Source: an uncultured Gemmatimonadales bacterium (lineage in GTDB: Bacteria; Gemmatimonadota; Gemmatimonadetes; Gemmatimonadales; Gemmatimonadaceae). Taken from it: DNA of 64,000 nucleotides. Location of the stretch: the NCBI GenBank assembly GCA_963701965.1, contig OY969695.1:1792001-1856000 (forward strand). The letters run 5' to 3'. Below the pieces are notes generated by a model. The model saw only the letters and a list, made by a program, of their open reading frames with translations, made no database searches and was not told the origin of the DNA. How positions within the stretch are numbered: the stretch's first letter is position 1; each line of letters opens with the position of its first letter. A program made the position numbers and the translations under genes. Below are positions 47,313 through 57,310 of this stretch, piece after piece.

Positions 47313-48456
47313 ATGATGCCGAAGCCGATGCGGGATTTCGACCTGGAGGTCCACTTCGCGAAGTGGGAATTCGTCGCCAAGTTCAATCTGGCAGGATCGG
47401 ATGCCGAGACCCTGCGCCTGGGTGCGCTGTTGGAGCTCGCGAGCGCCGAGGACCGCGACGCGTTCGACACGCTCAGTCTCGCGTATACCGAGACGCGGGG
47501 TGCACCGGCGCTCCGAGAGCAGATTGCCACCACGTACGACACGTGTACGCCGGATCACATCCTGTGTTTCGCGGGCGCGGAAGAGCCCATTTACACGGCT
47601 ATGCGGGTGCTGCTCAGTCCTCAGGATCACGCCATCGTGATCACGCCCAACTACCAGGCCGCCGAAACGGTGCCGCTCAGTATTTGCCAGGTCACCGGAG
47701 TCCCACTCGAGGCGCAGCGTGGCTGGGCGCTGGATCTCGACCGCCTGCATGCCGCTTTTCGTCCCAACACGCGCGTGGTCGTCATCAATTTTCCGAACAA
47801 CCCGACCGGCAAGATTATCCCGCGCGCGCAATTGGAGGCGATCGTCGAGTTCTGCCGCCAGCGGGGCATTCTGGCTGTTCAGCGACGAGGTCTTTCGACT
47901 GATCGAGCGCGATGCCGCCCTTCGGCTGCCGCAGGCGGTCGACGTGTACGAGCGCGGCATCTCGTTGAATGTGATGTCGAAGGCGTACGGGCTCCCCGGA
48001 TTGCGCATCGGTTGGCTGGCCTGCAAAGATCGTTCGCTGCTGCTCAAGCTGGAGCGCTACAAGCACTACCTGTCGATCTGCAACTCCGCGACCTCGGAAG
48101 TGTTGGCGCGCATCGCCCTCAAGGCCCGAGACACGCTGCTGACCCGCAACCGTCAGGTGGTCGATCACAATCTCGCGGCGCTGGATGTGTTTTTCGACGA
48201 GCATGCGCACCTGTTCGATTGGCACCGACCGGATGGAAGCTGCGTTGGGTTTGTCCGATACAAAGGTCCGGAGGGTGTCGAAGACTTCGCGCGGCGCCTG
48301 GTGGAGGAGTCGAGTGTGCTGCTGCTGCCGGCGAGTGTCTTCCGCTCGGAGTTGAACGACGTCCCGTCGGACTACTTTCGCCTGGGGTACGGACATTCGA
48401 ACGTTCCCCAGGGGCTCGAGGTCATGCGTGGTTGGCTACAACGCACCGGGCGATGA
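47313..48456 (+). pseudogene. Class I/II PLP aminotransferase with +1 frameshift at about 47870; may be sequencing error
   Basis: NFPNNPTG before the shift; WLFSDEV..MSKAYGLPGLRIGW after; RBS AGGAGA. Confidence 0.88.
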
Positions 48457-48906
48457 GAGTGTCGCGATCAATTCGATTTCCACCGCGACGCCCATGGGCA
48501 GGCTCATGACGCCGACGGTGGTTCTCGCGTGGCGACCCGCATCGCCGAATACAGCGATCAAGAGCCTCGAGGCCGCATCGGTGACCTGTGGCAGATCCTG
48601 GAAGTCCGGCGCGCAATTCACGTAGCCGTTCAATTTTCGTATCTGCCGAATCGCGTCCAGGGAACCAATCGCGTGGTGCAGCGAGGCCAGACACCCGAGG
48701 ACCGCGCTCTCCGCCGCGCGTTGGCCTGTCACCAGGTCGAGCTCGCACCCGACTTTCCCCCTGTACAGAAATTGCCCATCGGCGAACGGCGCGTGGCCGG
48801 ACACGAACGCCAGGTCGTCGACCACGCTGACGCGCAGGAACTCATGCGTCGGAGCGAGATCAGGCAGGGTGAGGTTCAGCCGTTGCAGTTGGTCGTAGAC
48901 GCTCAT
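48436..48906 (-). CDS. RidA/YjgF-like protein (long subfamily)
   Basis: FVSGH, GKVG, KLNGYVN, GRHARTTVGV.SLP..VEIE. Confidence 0.9.
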   Translation of the reverse strand: MSVYDQLQRLNLTLPDLAPTHEFLRVSVVDDLAFVSGHAPFADGQFLYRGKVGCELDLVTGQRAAESAVLGCLASLHHAIGSLDAIRQIRKLNGYVNCAPDFQDLPQVTDAASRLLIAVFGDAGRHARTTVGVMSLPMGVAVEIELIATLSSPGAL

Positions 48907-50027
48907 AACGCCTGGGTGATGTCGGCGATCAAATCGTCAGGGTGCTCGAGTCCGATCGACAGGCGCAGGAGGTTCTCCACCAAGCCGGTGCCGACGCCGT
49001 GTGTGGGGCTCGATGCTTGGTGTTGGATGAGGCTCTCTACGGCACCAAAACTGGCCGCGTGTCGGAAGATCTTGACGTTCGCGCATACGGCCCGCGCCGC
49101 CTCCCGTCCACCGCGCACCTGGATGGAGATGATCCCACCAAAACCGCCCGACAGCTGACGTTTCGCCAGAGAGTGCTGCGGATGGGATGCCAGCCCCGGA
49201 TAGTGGACGACCTCGAGCGATGGATGGTGCTCGAGCGCCCTGGCGATGGTGAGCGCACTCTCCGCGTGCGCGCGCATGCGGTGGGCGAGGGTCTTGATAC
49301 CCCGATGCACTAGCCAGCAGTCGAATGGAGACGGTACCGCTCCTTCGAGGACTTGGATGCGCCGAATCTCATCGATCGGATCACCCGGCGTTCCGGCCAC
49401 GACCACGCCGCCCAAGACGTCTCCGTGTCCACCCATGTATTTCGTCGTGGCATGGACGACGAGGTCGACTCCGCTCCTCAGGGGTCGCTGAAAGATTGGC
49501 GTCACGAACGTGTTGTCGACAACGCTCAGTGCGCCGAACCGGTGCGCGAGCTCCGAGATCACGCTCAGGTCGGTGACGTTGAGCAGCGGATTCGACAGCG
49601 TCTCCATCCACACCAGCCTCGTGTTGGCTTGCAGGGCGCGCTCGACCGCCGTCACGTCGGTCATATCCACGGCCGTATGCGTGAGATTCCACCTCGGCAG
49701 CACCTGTGTCAGGAGCCGCACCGTGCCCTGAAACACATCGGCCGGGATCACCACGTGGTCGCCTGGCTTCAACGTCCGCAAGATGGCGGTGATCGCCGCA
49801 CTACCCGACGCGAAGGCGACCGCCACCGACCCACCTTCGAGCGCCGCACACGCGGACTCGAGTCCGTCGCGGTTGGGGTTCCCCTTGCTGGAGTAGGTGT
49901 ATCCGCGACGGTATTCGCCATCACCGTCACGCTCGAAGGTCACCGACAGGTTGATCGGCGGAGCGATGGCGCCCGATGCGTCATCGACGCTGGCCCCGCC
50001 ATGAACGGCTATGGTCTCGATGTTCAT
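48903..50027 (-). CDS. Cys/Met-metabolism PLP enzyme (cystathionine gamma-synthase/lyase family)
   Basis: ETLSNP, VDNTF, HATTKYMGGHGD, SFGAVESL, RLSIGLE. Confidence 0.92.
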   Translation of the reverse strand: MNIETIAVHGGASVDDASGAIAPPINLSVTFERDGDGEYRRGYTYSSKGNPNRDGLESACAALEGGSVAVAFASGSAAITAILRTLKPGDHVVIPADVFQGTVRLLTQVLPRWNLTHTAVDMTDVTAVERALQANTRLVWMETLSNPLLNVTDLSVISELAHRFGALSVVDNTFVTPIFQRPLRSGVDLVVHATTKYMGGHGDVLGGVVVAGTPGDPIDEIRRIQVLEGAVPSPFDCWLVHRGIKTLAHRMRAHAESALTIARALEHHPSLEVVHYPGLASHPQHSLAKRQLSGGFGGIISIQVRGGREAARAVCANVKIFRHAASFGAVESLIQHQASSPTHGVGTGLVENLLRLSIGLEHPDDLIADITQAL

Positions 50028-50031
50028 GGGC

Positions 50032-50381
50032 TCATCGATCGCGCCGCAGCACCTGGAGCTGGAATCTCCTCATGAACTGCAGGAGCGCCTGCTCGTCCCG
50101 CCGATAGAAGGTCCACCCCTTCTTGCGCGTTGCAATCAACATCCCGGCGTCCGCCAGGATCGCGAATGCCGCGACGCGGTCGCCGGCGCGACACCGATCT
50201 TCGCCTGAATGGCACCCGCACAGGCGCCATCGCGAATCAGATCGCCATCCTCTTGCGGCGGGAAATTCGCGATCGGATCTTCGAGGTATGCGAGAATCGC
50301 GAGCCGCACGGGACAGGACAGAGCCCTGACGCCCTTGATCAGCGCCCCCGGTGGTTTGCTGGCCACTTCGCTACTTCGCAT
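50032..50381 (-). pseudogene. ArsR-family regulator with two -1 frameshifts (about 50165 and 50117)
   Basis: RALSCPVRLAIL..IGVAPATASRH / AILADAGMLIATRKK / WTFYRRDE across frames. Confidence 0.75.
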
Positions 50382-50685
50382 AACAACGAATTTACCCAAC
50401 GGGGACGAAGCAGGCAAGCGCCGCACCCTAGTGGCCGAGTAGCTCGCCGAGTAGCCGCGGCGACACCGCACTCGGTGCCACGCCCAGCTCATCGCGCAGG
50501 AGCTTGCGCAGGCGCTCGGAGACCCACTCCGCCGCCTCCCGCACTGCCCGCTCCCGTCCCTGCTGGGCATACACCTGTTGGGGCACCTCAAGGCCGAGAC
50601 TCGCTGCGATCGTGGATTCCACGGCGTGCGCTCGCATGAACGACGCTGCTGAAACTAGAATCGAAATGCAGCGTAGTGTCGCATC

Positions 50686-51600
50686 ATGCAAGCGATATTT
50701 CTTGGACCTCACGGTCTCCGCGCCGGCTGGCGCACGTTGATCTTTATTGGACTGTTCGTGATCGTTGCGTTTGGTCTGTCTCACCTGCTCGCCGGGACGG
50801 TAAAGGATCTCGTAGCGCAGAGCGGAGGCCAGACCGGCCCGCGCGTCTCCCTATTGAGGGAATTGCCGCTCATCGCTGGCGTGCTGGTCGCCACGTGGAT
50901 CATGGCACGGGCGGAGCATCGCCCATTACTTGCTTATGGCATGGCCGATTGCCGCGCCCTCGCGCGGTTCATGAACGGGACTTTGTCGGGATTCCTGGCA
51001 ATCAGCGTCGAGATCGGACTGTTGGCCGCCTCCGGCCATCTGGTATTCGAGGGCCATGCGCCGGACGCGTTGACTGCTATCCGGTTTGCGGCCGAGTGGG
51101 GCGTCTTCTACCTGCTCGTCGCGCTGGTGGAGGAGAACCTATTGCGGGGGTATCTCCAACAGACGCTCGCGCGCGGCATGGGCTTCTGGCCGGCGGCGGT
51201 TCTCCTGTCGCTCGCCTTCGGTGCTCTGCACGCGGGGAACTCGGGCGAGGAGATCATTGGGCTGCTGGGCGCTGCCGTGGGTGGGTTCGTGCTGGCCTAC
51301 AGCCTCTGGCGCTCGGGATCGCTCTGGTGGGCGATCGGCGCGCACACCGGCATCGGATGGGCGGAATCGTATTTCTACGGCACGCACAACAGCGGCATCG
51401 CCTCGTCCCCCCGTTTCCTGGCGACGCACCCCGTGGGAGCAGGTTGGCTGAGTGGCGCGACCGTCGGCCCTGAAGGCAGCATTTTCTTTCTACTCCTCCT
51501 GCTCGCCCTCGTGCCGGTGATCCGCTGGACGCTTGCGCCGACTGACGTCCGCGACGCGCGACCCCGGTACGCGGCCGCGGATTCGGTGCCGGAGCGATAG
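50686..51600 (+). CDS. CPBP (Abi/CAAX) intramembrane metalloprotease
   Basis: EENLLRGY, FGALH, AIGAH, GPEGS. Confidence 0.92.
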   Translation: MQAIFLGPHGLRAGWRTLIFIGLFVIVAFGLSHLLAGTVKDLVAQSGGQTGPRVSLLRELPLIAGVLVATWIMARAEHRPLLAYGMADCRALARFMNGTLSGFLAISVEIGLLAASGHLVFEGHAPDALTAIRFAAEWGVFYLLVALVEENLLRGYLQQTLARGMGFWPAAVLLSLAFGALHAGNSGEEIIGLLGAAVGGFVLAYSLWRSGSLWWAIGAHTGIGWAESYFYGTHNSGIASSPRFLATHPVGAGWLSGATVGPEGSIFFLLLLLALVPVIRWTLAPTDVRDARPRYAAADSVPER

Positions 51601-51639
51601 CCCGGCTCGTAGTACGCGTACCCGCGATCGGCGGTGACA

Positions 51640-51770
51640 TACGGACGCCCGCACGGCCACTTTGGCCCGCGCCAGCGACTCGGCGAACCGCGCGTCGTGA
51701 AACGGTTTCATGAGATAGTCGACAGCATGGACATCGAACGCCCGCCCCGCGTACCGATCGTAGGCGGTGT
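51640..51770 (-). pseudogene. LytTR response regulator receiver fragment
   Basis: TAYDRYA.RAFDVHAVDYLMKPF..RF..SLARA only. Confidence 0.7.
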
Positions 51771-51818
51771 CCCCGAACCCCCGAACGACGTTGAGGCTGA
51801 CGTAGTCACCCGCGCACA

Positions 51819-52466
51819 TCAACGCGAGCCGATGCCATGCTCTTTCAGCTTGTCAGCAAGCTGTAAGAGTTCCACGGTGGATCGCCCGGACCGGATGCCG
51901 CGCCGCAGGGCCCTCTCCGTCGTTTCCCGGCGCCGCGCGGCAGCAAGCACGTCCCCGAGGTTCGCGCGGGGCACCACTACGATGCCATCCCGGTCCCCCA
52001 CGATGACGTCGTCCGGTCGGATCTCCACGCCTCCGCAGTCGATAGGGACGTTGACGGATCCCGAGGCGTTCTTCTGCGGTCCCGTGATCGAAACGCCGCG
52101 CGCAAACACGGGAAACTCAAGGGCGAGGATCGCTTCGGTATCGCGCACCGCTCCGTCTATGACCAGGCCCTGGACGCCCACCTGCTGGGCGGCCAACGTC
52201 AAAATGTCACCCCATGCCGCGGAGTCGGTATGCCCGTGCGCGTTCACCACCAGCACGTCGCCCGGCCGCGCCCGGGTCAGCGCGTAATGCACGATGAGGT
52301 TATCACCCGGTCGCGCATCGACCGTCAGCGCAGGGCCGGCTACTCGTCGACGAGGATCGATCGGCTTGATCGCGGCTGGTAACGCTCCCGTCTGGCCTTG
52401 CGCTTCGTGGATGGTCGCCGTTCCGAATCGCGCCAACATCTCGAGGGGGGACGGGCGAGCACGCAT
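51819..52466 (-). CDS. RraA/HMG-CHA aldolase (LigK-like)
   Basis: GTATIHEAQG, PGDNL, WGD, DGAVRD, GDRDG. Confidence 0.9.
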   Translation of the reverse strand: MRARPSPLEMLARFGTATIHEAQGQTGALPAAIKPIDPRRRVAGPALTVDARPGDNLIVHYALTRARPGDVLVVNAHGHTDSAAWGDILTLAAQQVGVQGLVIDGAVRDTEAILALEFPVFARGVSITGPQKNASGSVNVPIDCGGVEIRPDDVIVGDRDGIVVVPRANLGDVLAAARRRETTERALRRGIRSGRSTVELLQLADKLKEHGIGSR

Positions 52467-53856
52467 TGCGATGGGAGTCAAGGGGTGGCCGTCGTTGATG
52501 CCAAGGGGTGGCGTCCTGATAGGCGCTCGCGACGGCGAGTACGCGTTCGTCTTCGCCGACTCGGCCAATGCACTGCATGGCCAACGGCAGTCCCGCTGGC
52601 GAGAAGCCAACGCACAGGGAAAGAGCCGGATGACCGGTGAGATTGAACGGAATGCGCCATACGCCCTGAGCGGACCGCTCGAGGGCCGTCTCGTCATCCA
52701 TCCGACACGCCGGCGCGGCGACGACAGGGGTCGCGAGCAGGTCGCACGAGGCGAATAGCCGGTCCACCGCCCCGCGGAACGATACCCGCCGTCGGAGCGC
52801 CGCCTCGTACACGCGCCGGGGAATCGAGGCGCCGAGCTCGAGCGCGCGGCGGCAGCGTTCTCCATAACGATCGGGCGCCGCGACCAGCCGCGACCGATGC
52901 AGCGCATAGGCCTCGTAGTGGAGAATAGTCTGAGCGGTGCGCCGCAGTGCTCGGACATCGTCAAGCTGTACTTCGTTGACCTCGGCGCCCAGTGTCTCGA
53001 GGACGGCACAAGCCGAGTCGATGGCAACGCGCGTGTCCTCGTCGGCGCGCGTGTCCTCGTCGGCGCGTGCATCCTCTTGGTCGACAGGCTTCAGCTTGCC
53101 GATGCGACATCCCGCCAGCGCGCGACCCGAACCCATGAATGGCGCAGCGTCGCGGTGGCAGTCGAGAACCCGCAGCAGGAGCCGGCAATCCTCGGCGGTC
53201 CGGGTCATCAGACCAACGTGATCGAGGCTCGGCGCCAGGGCGAGCACGCCGTCGCGGCTCACGCGATCGTACGTCGGCTTGAGGCCCGTTACGCCGCACA
53301 GTGCGGCCGGATTACGAATCGACCCTCCCGTATCGGTGCCGATCGCGAGCGGCACGAGGCCGGCGGCGAGCGCCGCGCCGCAGCCGCTCGAGGAACCCCC
53401 CGGCGTGCGCGAGGGATCCCACGGATTGCGCGCGGGCGGCCACGGCAGGTCGTCGAGCGGCGAGCCAACGCCGCATTCCTCCAAAGACAACTTGCCGATG
53501 AGGATAGCCCCCGCGTCGCGCAAACGGCACACGATGGCGGCATCCCGATGCGCGATCGCGCCGGCGAACGCTCGCGATTGCGCGCGCGTCGAACGGCCCT
53601 GCACGTCGACGACATCCTTGAGCGCAAATGGGATGCCTGCCACCGGTGACAGATGCCGCCCGCTGACGCGCGCCGCATCGATCCGCCGAGCGGAGGCCAA
53701 CGCGTCCTCGGCGTACACCTCTATGAAGGCATGGACCCATCCATTGGTGTGCTCGATGGCGCGAAGTAACTCGACGACATATTCCTGGGCCGAGAGCCGC
53801 CCCGCGTCGAGGAGCGTGCCCGCCTCGCACGCCGAGAGGAAACGCACGTCGGTCAT
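52303..53856 (-). CDS. Amidase-signature family enzyme; natural end probably near 52480
   Basis: ALKD, PGGSSSG, GTDTGGSIRNPA; reads 164 nt into the next gene after WHQRRPPL, suggesting a lost stop. Confidence 0.9.
   Translation of the reverse strand: MTDVRFLSACEAGTLLDAGRLSAQEYVVELLRAIEHTNGWVHAFIEVYAEDALASARRIDAARVSGRHLSPVAGIPFALKDVVDVQGRSTRAQSRAFAGAIAHRDAAIVCRLRDAGAILIGKLSLEECGVGSPLDDLPWPPARNPWDPSRTPGGSSSGCGAALAAGLVPLAIGTDTGGSIRNPAALCGVTGLKPTYDRVSRDGVLALAPSLDHVGLMTRTAEDCRLLLRVLDCHRDAAPFMGSGRALAGCRIGKLKPVDQEDARADEDTRADEDTRVAIDSACAVLETLGAEVNEVQLDDVRALRRTAQTILHYEAYALHRSRLVAAPDRYGERCRRALELGASIPRRVYEAALRRRVSFRGAVDRLFASCDLLATPVVAAPACRMDDETALERSAQGVWRIPFNLTGHPALSLCVGFSPAGLPLAMQCIGRVGEDERVLAVASAYQDATPWHQRRPPLDSHRNACSPVPPRDVGAIRNGDHPRSARPDGSVTSRDQADRSSSTSSRPCADGRCATG
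53028..53067. repeat. 18-bp tandem duplication inside the amidase (RADEDT x2)
   Basis: cgcgcgtgtcctcgtcgg x2 plus cgcg. Confidence 0.9.
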
Positions 53857-55028
53857 CGCAGCGGTCTGAAGAACGCTCGGATGTCTTCCGCCAGCAGATG
53901 CGGCACTTCCATCGCGGCAAAGTGGCCCCCGCGCGGCAACGTGGTCCAGTGAACGAGATTGAACGCGCGCTCGACCCAACAGCGCGGCGGCATCGGCAAC
54001 TCCCGGGGAAGACGGACGATGCCGCACGGCGGCGCGATGCGCTGGCCCGCCTCGAGATGCAGCGGCGCCAATCGCGTCTCGCGGTACAGCCGGATCGACG
54101 AATGCGCAGACCCGGTGAGCCAGTAAATCATGACGTTGGTCAACAGCTCGTCGAGGGTGAACGCCTCAGTCGGTTCGTCGGTACAGTCGCTCCAGCGCTG
54201 AAATTTCTCTATGAGCCACGCCGCGAGACCGATCGGGGAGTCGGTCAGCGCATAGGCAAGCGTCTGCGGCTTGGTCGCCTGGATGGCGTAGTACGCGCCT
54301 TCGGCATCGCGCCATTGAGCCGTTCGCTCCAAATAGTCGGACTCCCCGTCCGTCAACGGCGGCGTGCCCGGCGCGAGGTCCGGTCGAAATCCCACCGACA
54401 GGTAGTTCAGGTGTATGCCCTTTACCCGCTCGGGATGACGGAGACCGACTGCCGTGCTGATCGACGAGCCCCAATCGCCGCCTTGGACGCCAAATTGCCG
54501 GTGACCCAGCGCCGTCATCAGCTCGGCCCACATATCGGCAATAGCAAAGACGTTCGTGCCGCGGCGCCTCGGAGGACTCGAAAATCCATATCCTGGAATC
54601 GAGGGCACGACGACGGTGAAGGCATCGCTCGCGCTGCCCCCGTGCGCCTCAGGGTCCGTGAGGAACGGAATGATCTTCAGCATCTCCACAAAACTGCCCG
54701 GCCAGCCGTGCGTGAGTACCAACGGCATCGGGTCGGATCCGCGACCAGTCTCGCAGATGAAGTGCACGCGTTGCTCACCGCGTTCGTACTGAAAGTGAGC
54801 AAACTCGTTCAGCCGCCGCTCTGCCTTGTCCCAGTCATAATCCTGCAGCCAGTATGCATGCAGCCGTTGCATGAAGGAGAGGTCGGCGCCCTCCTCCCAG
54901 CGCATATCCTCGAGCGCGTCCGGCCAGCGCACGGCGCGGAGCTTGTCCTGGAGCGCAGGAAGCGCCGCCGGATCGGCCCGCACACGAAACGGCAGGATAG
55001 CCCCGGAACGACTCGCCTCGACACCCAT
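53853..55028 (-). CDS. Epoxide hydrolase (microsomal EHN type)
   Basis: HGWPGS, PGYGFS, QGGDWG, DSPIGLAAW, GGHFAAME. Confidence 0.95.
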   Translation of the reverse strand: MGVEASRSGAILPFRVRADPAALPALQDKLRAVRWPDALEDMRWEEGADLSFMQRLHAYWLQDYDWDKAERRLNEFAHFQYERGEQRVHFICETGRGSDPMPLVLTHGWPGSFVEMLKIIPFLTDPEAHGGSASDAFTVVVPSIPGYGFSSPPRRRGTNVFAIADMWAELMTALGHRQFGVQGGDWGSSISTAVGLRHPERVKGIHLNYLSVGFRPDLAPGTPPLTDGESDYLERTAQWRDAEGAYYAIQATKPQTLAYALTDSPIGLAAWLIEKFQRWSDCTDEPTEAFTLDELLTNVMIYWLTGSAHSSIRLYRETRLAPLHLEAGQRIAPPCGIVRLPRELPMPPRCWVERAFNLVHWTTLPRGGHFAAMEVPHLLAEDIRAFFRPLR

Positions 55029-55089
55029 TTCACACCTCGCGCACGACGCCTGTTGCGGGACCGGCCAACTGTGCCTACAATATATAGAT

Positions 55090-55103
55090 AATTGTCGACA
55101 ATT
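55090..55103. promoter_or_regulatory. Perfect palindrome AATTGTCGACAATT; candidate GntR operator
   Basis: 14-bp dyad at the GntR start in the divergent promoter region. Confidence 0.7.
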
Positions 55104-55748
55104 TCTCCAGGTTTGGTCGAGCAGGTCCGCGGCGCCTTACAGGAGTTGATCCTGTCCGGCGAAGTCCGCGCGGGCGAGCGGCTCAATGAACTCGAGCTCG
55201 CCGGCCGATTCCGCATCAGCCGCGGACCGATCCGCGAAGCGATCCGCGCGCTCGAACACGCGCGCCTCGTCACGGTCGTCCCCAATCGCGGAGCGATCGT
55301 CCGCCGCGTGGATTTGCCGGATGTGCTCGACCTCTACGACGTGCGCGCGGGACTTGCCCGGTCCGCCGGGCGACTGCTCGCCGCCCGAGCCACGAACGCG
55401 CAAATGACTGCCCTGCGGACGCTACACGAGCGTATGCGTCGTGCGGCAGCCACTCACTCGGTCGCCGCCTTCCACTCGGCCAATCGCCGGTTTCACGATG
55501 CGATTCTGGAGTTCGCCGGCAATGCCCGCCTCCGAGAGATCGATCAGTCCGTACGCGATGAACTGCAACTCTACATCCGCCGCGGCAGCCTGGGAGCTGC
55601 GCAGCTCCGGGCCTCGATCGCCGAGCATGACGCCTTTTTGGAGGCGGTTTCGACGGGAGACGCGGACGCCGCGGGTCACGCGCTCGAGCAACACATCCTG
55701 AATGGCAGGCAACGGATGCTCGACAACGTGCAGTCAGGCGAATCCTGA
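55092..55748 (+). CDS. GntR-family regulator (FCD domain)
   Basis: GERLNE..ISRGPIREA..PNRGA; NRRFH, EH, HI FCD residues. Confidence 0.93.
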   Translation: MSTISPGLVEQVRGALQELILSGEVRAGERLNELELAGRFRISRGPIREAIRALEHARLVTVVPNRGAIVRRVDLPDVLDLYDVRAGLARSAGRLLAARATNAQMTALRTLHERMRRAAATHSVAAFHSANRRFHDAILEFAGNARLREIDQSVRDELQLYIRRGSLGAAQLRASIAEHDAFLEAVSTGDADAAGHALEQHILNGRQRMLDNVQSGES

Positions 55749-55768
55749 CCGCTGCTCTTGTACGCTCG

Positions 55769-57235
55769 CTACCGGACCCTTGTGCCCCTGACGACTCCCG
55801 GCACGGTCAGCCCGACGACTCGACCCGCCCTGTCATGGTCGAACACGACCGGCGTGTCGTCATTCCGCGTGAAGAACGTCGAGTCGGTGTCCGCGAGCAA
55901 CTCTACCTTGTCGATCGCCCGGCCCGCACGCATAAAGAGTCGCCCGCCTTCAACCGTTACCGTATCGAGAAGAAACGCCGAACCGCCCATCGCGATGCGG
56001 TACGTACCGACCAGCCGGGCCAGCGTCAGGGAGTCCTTCGCCACCGCGGTCTTCACGCGCTGGCGATAGTGTGGCCACGCATAGTCGTCGGCGATGCTCG
56101 CCAGGATTTCGTCAATGAGACCGTTGCCTTGATCACCATTGGTCATGATGACAGCACCCTGGCCCCGCGCGGCAAATGCGACGAAAGCGGCGGTGAAACC
56201 GGCATCGTCTCCGCGGTGACCGAACTCCAGGTCGGGACCGCTGCCGTCGAGCTCATACCCGATGCCGTAGCGCGCTTTCTGGACGGTGAGCATCTGCGTC
56301 AGCGTCGCCGTGTTGATGATCTTGCCGGCCTGTCCCGCGTAGGTGCGTTGCAGCTCGATCGCCAGCTTCGCCAGGTCCGACGGCGTGGTCCACAGGCCGG
56401 CCGCCGTCATCTCGGGATAGGTGTGATACTTGCCCTTCACCACGTCACCGGCGCTCGTGTGCCCACTGGCGGCGTTGGGGACAAGGGACAGCGGCAGCGG
56501 CTGTTCGTAGGTGCTGTGCGTCATCCCGACCGGCCCGAAGACTGTCGTCCGCATGAACGCGGGGAGCGACTCTTTCGTGACATCGGTCACCAGCAGCATC
56601 GCCACGGTCAGCCCGCCACCAGAGTACCGGGAGATCGCCCCGGGAATCATATCGACCCGGACGGGCGCTGTATTGGCGGGCGCCTCGCCGTCCAGAATCT
56701 GCACGACCGTGGGGATCGGCGTGCCCGCTTCGTAGCCGGGAAATCCATGCACCGTAAGGCCCGCGCTGTGACTGAGAATGCGGCGGAGGGTCACCTTCTC
56801 CCGGACCGTGAACTCGTTGTCCGGTACCTTCCACGAGATGAGCCTCGCGTTGACGTCTTCATCGAGGCTGAGGCGCCCATCCTGTACTAACCGCATCGCG
56901 CCGACAGCGAACGTCGGCTTGCTGATCGATCCGGCCTGAAACATCGTCTCGGGCGTGACGGAATCCGTTCCGCCCGCCTGCGTCACGCCAAACCCTTTGG
57001 CCCACACGATGCGCCCGCTGTCGATAATCGCGAGACTGACACCCGGCACGCGGTAGTGTCGCATTCGCTCGGCCAGCGTCCACCGTTCCGGGGCCTCGCC
57101 GGCGATCGCGATTGGCGGGCGGAGCCCATCGGGCACGCGCTCCGCGCGCACCGCGTCCGCGCTGGCCAGCGGCGCCGCCTTTCGGGCGCAACCAGCAAGG
57201 AGGATCAAGATCAGGGGCGCAGCGCGTCGGATCAT
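55769..57235 (-). CDS. Serine hydrolase of the beta-lactamase/AmpC-like family, probable lipoprotein
   Basis: LAGC lipobox, GSISK (SxxK), LSHSAG, YSGGG, HRG. Confidence 0.9.
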   Translation of the reverse strand: MIRRAAPLILILLAGCARKAAPLASADAVRAERVPDGLRPPIAIAGEAPERWTLAERMRHYRVPGVSLAIIDSGRIVWAKGFGVTQAGGTDSVTPETMFQAGSISKPTFAVGAMRLVQDGRLSLDEDVNARLISWKVPDNEFTVREKVTLRRILSHSAGLTVHGFPGYEAGTPIPTVVQILDGEAPANTAPVRVDMIPGAISRYSGGGLTVAMLLVTDVTKESLPAFMRTTVFGPVGMTHSTYEQPLPLSLVPNAASGHTSAGDVVKGKYHTYPEMTAAGLWTTPSDLAKLAIELQRTYAGQAGKIINTATLTQMLTVQKARYGIGYELDGSGPDLEFGHRGDDAGFTAAFVAFAARGQGAVIMTNGDQGNGLIDEILASIADDYAWPHYRQRVKTAVAKDSLTLARLVGTYRIAMGGSAFLLDTVTVEGGRLFMRAGRAIDKVELLADTDSTFFTRNDDTPVVFDHDRAGRVVGLTVPGVVRGTRVR

Positions 57236-57310
57236 CGCGTATCCTCGATATTGTATTCACAGTCGCCGAGTAGGATCGCCGGAATATACGATTGAGCGCA
57301 CCGGCGCCGA

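Noticed and set aside
50428..50784. Small minus-strand ORF upstream of ArsR
   Set aside because: No recognisable motif and it overlaps the CPBP gene start; cannot be supported.
55769..57235. True beta-lactam resistance gene
   Set aside because: SxxK hydrolase with YSG and HRG motifs, typical of general esterase/peptidase members; activity cannot be inferred.
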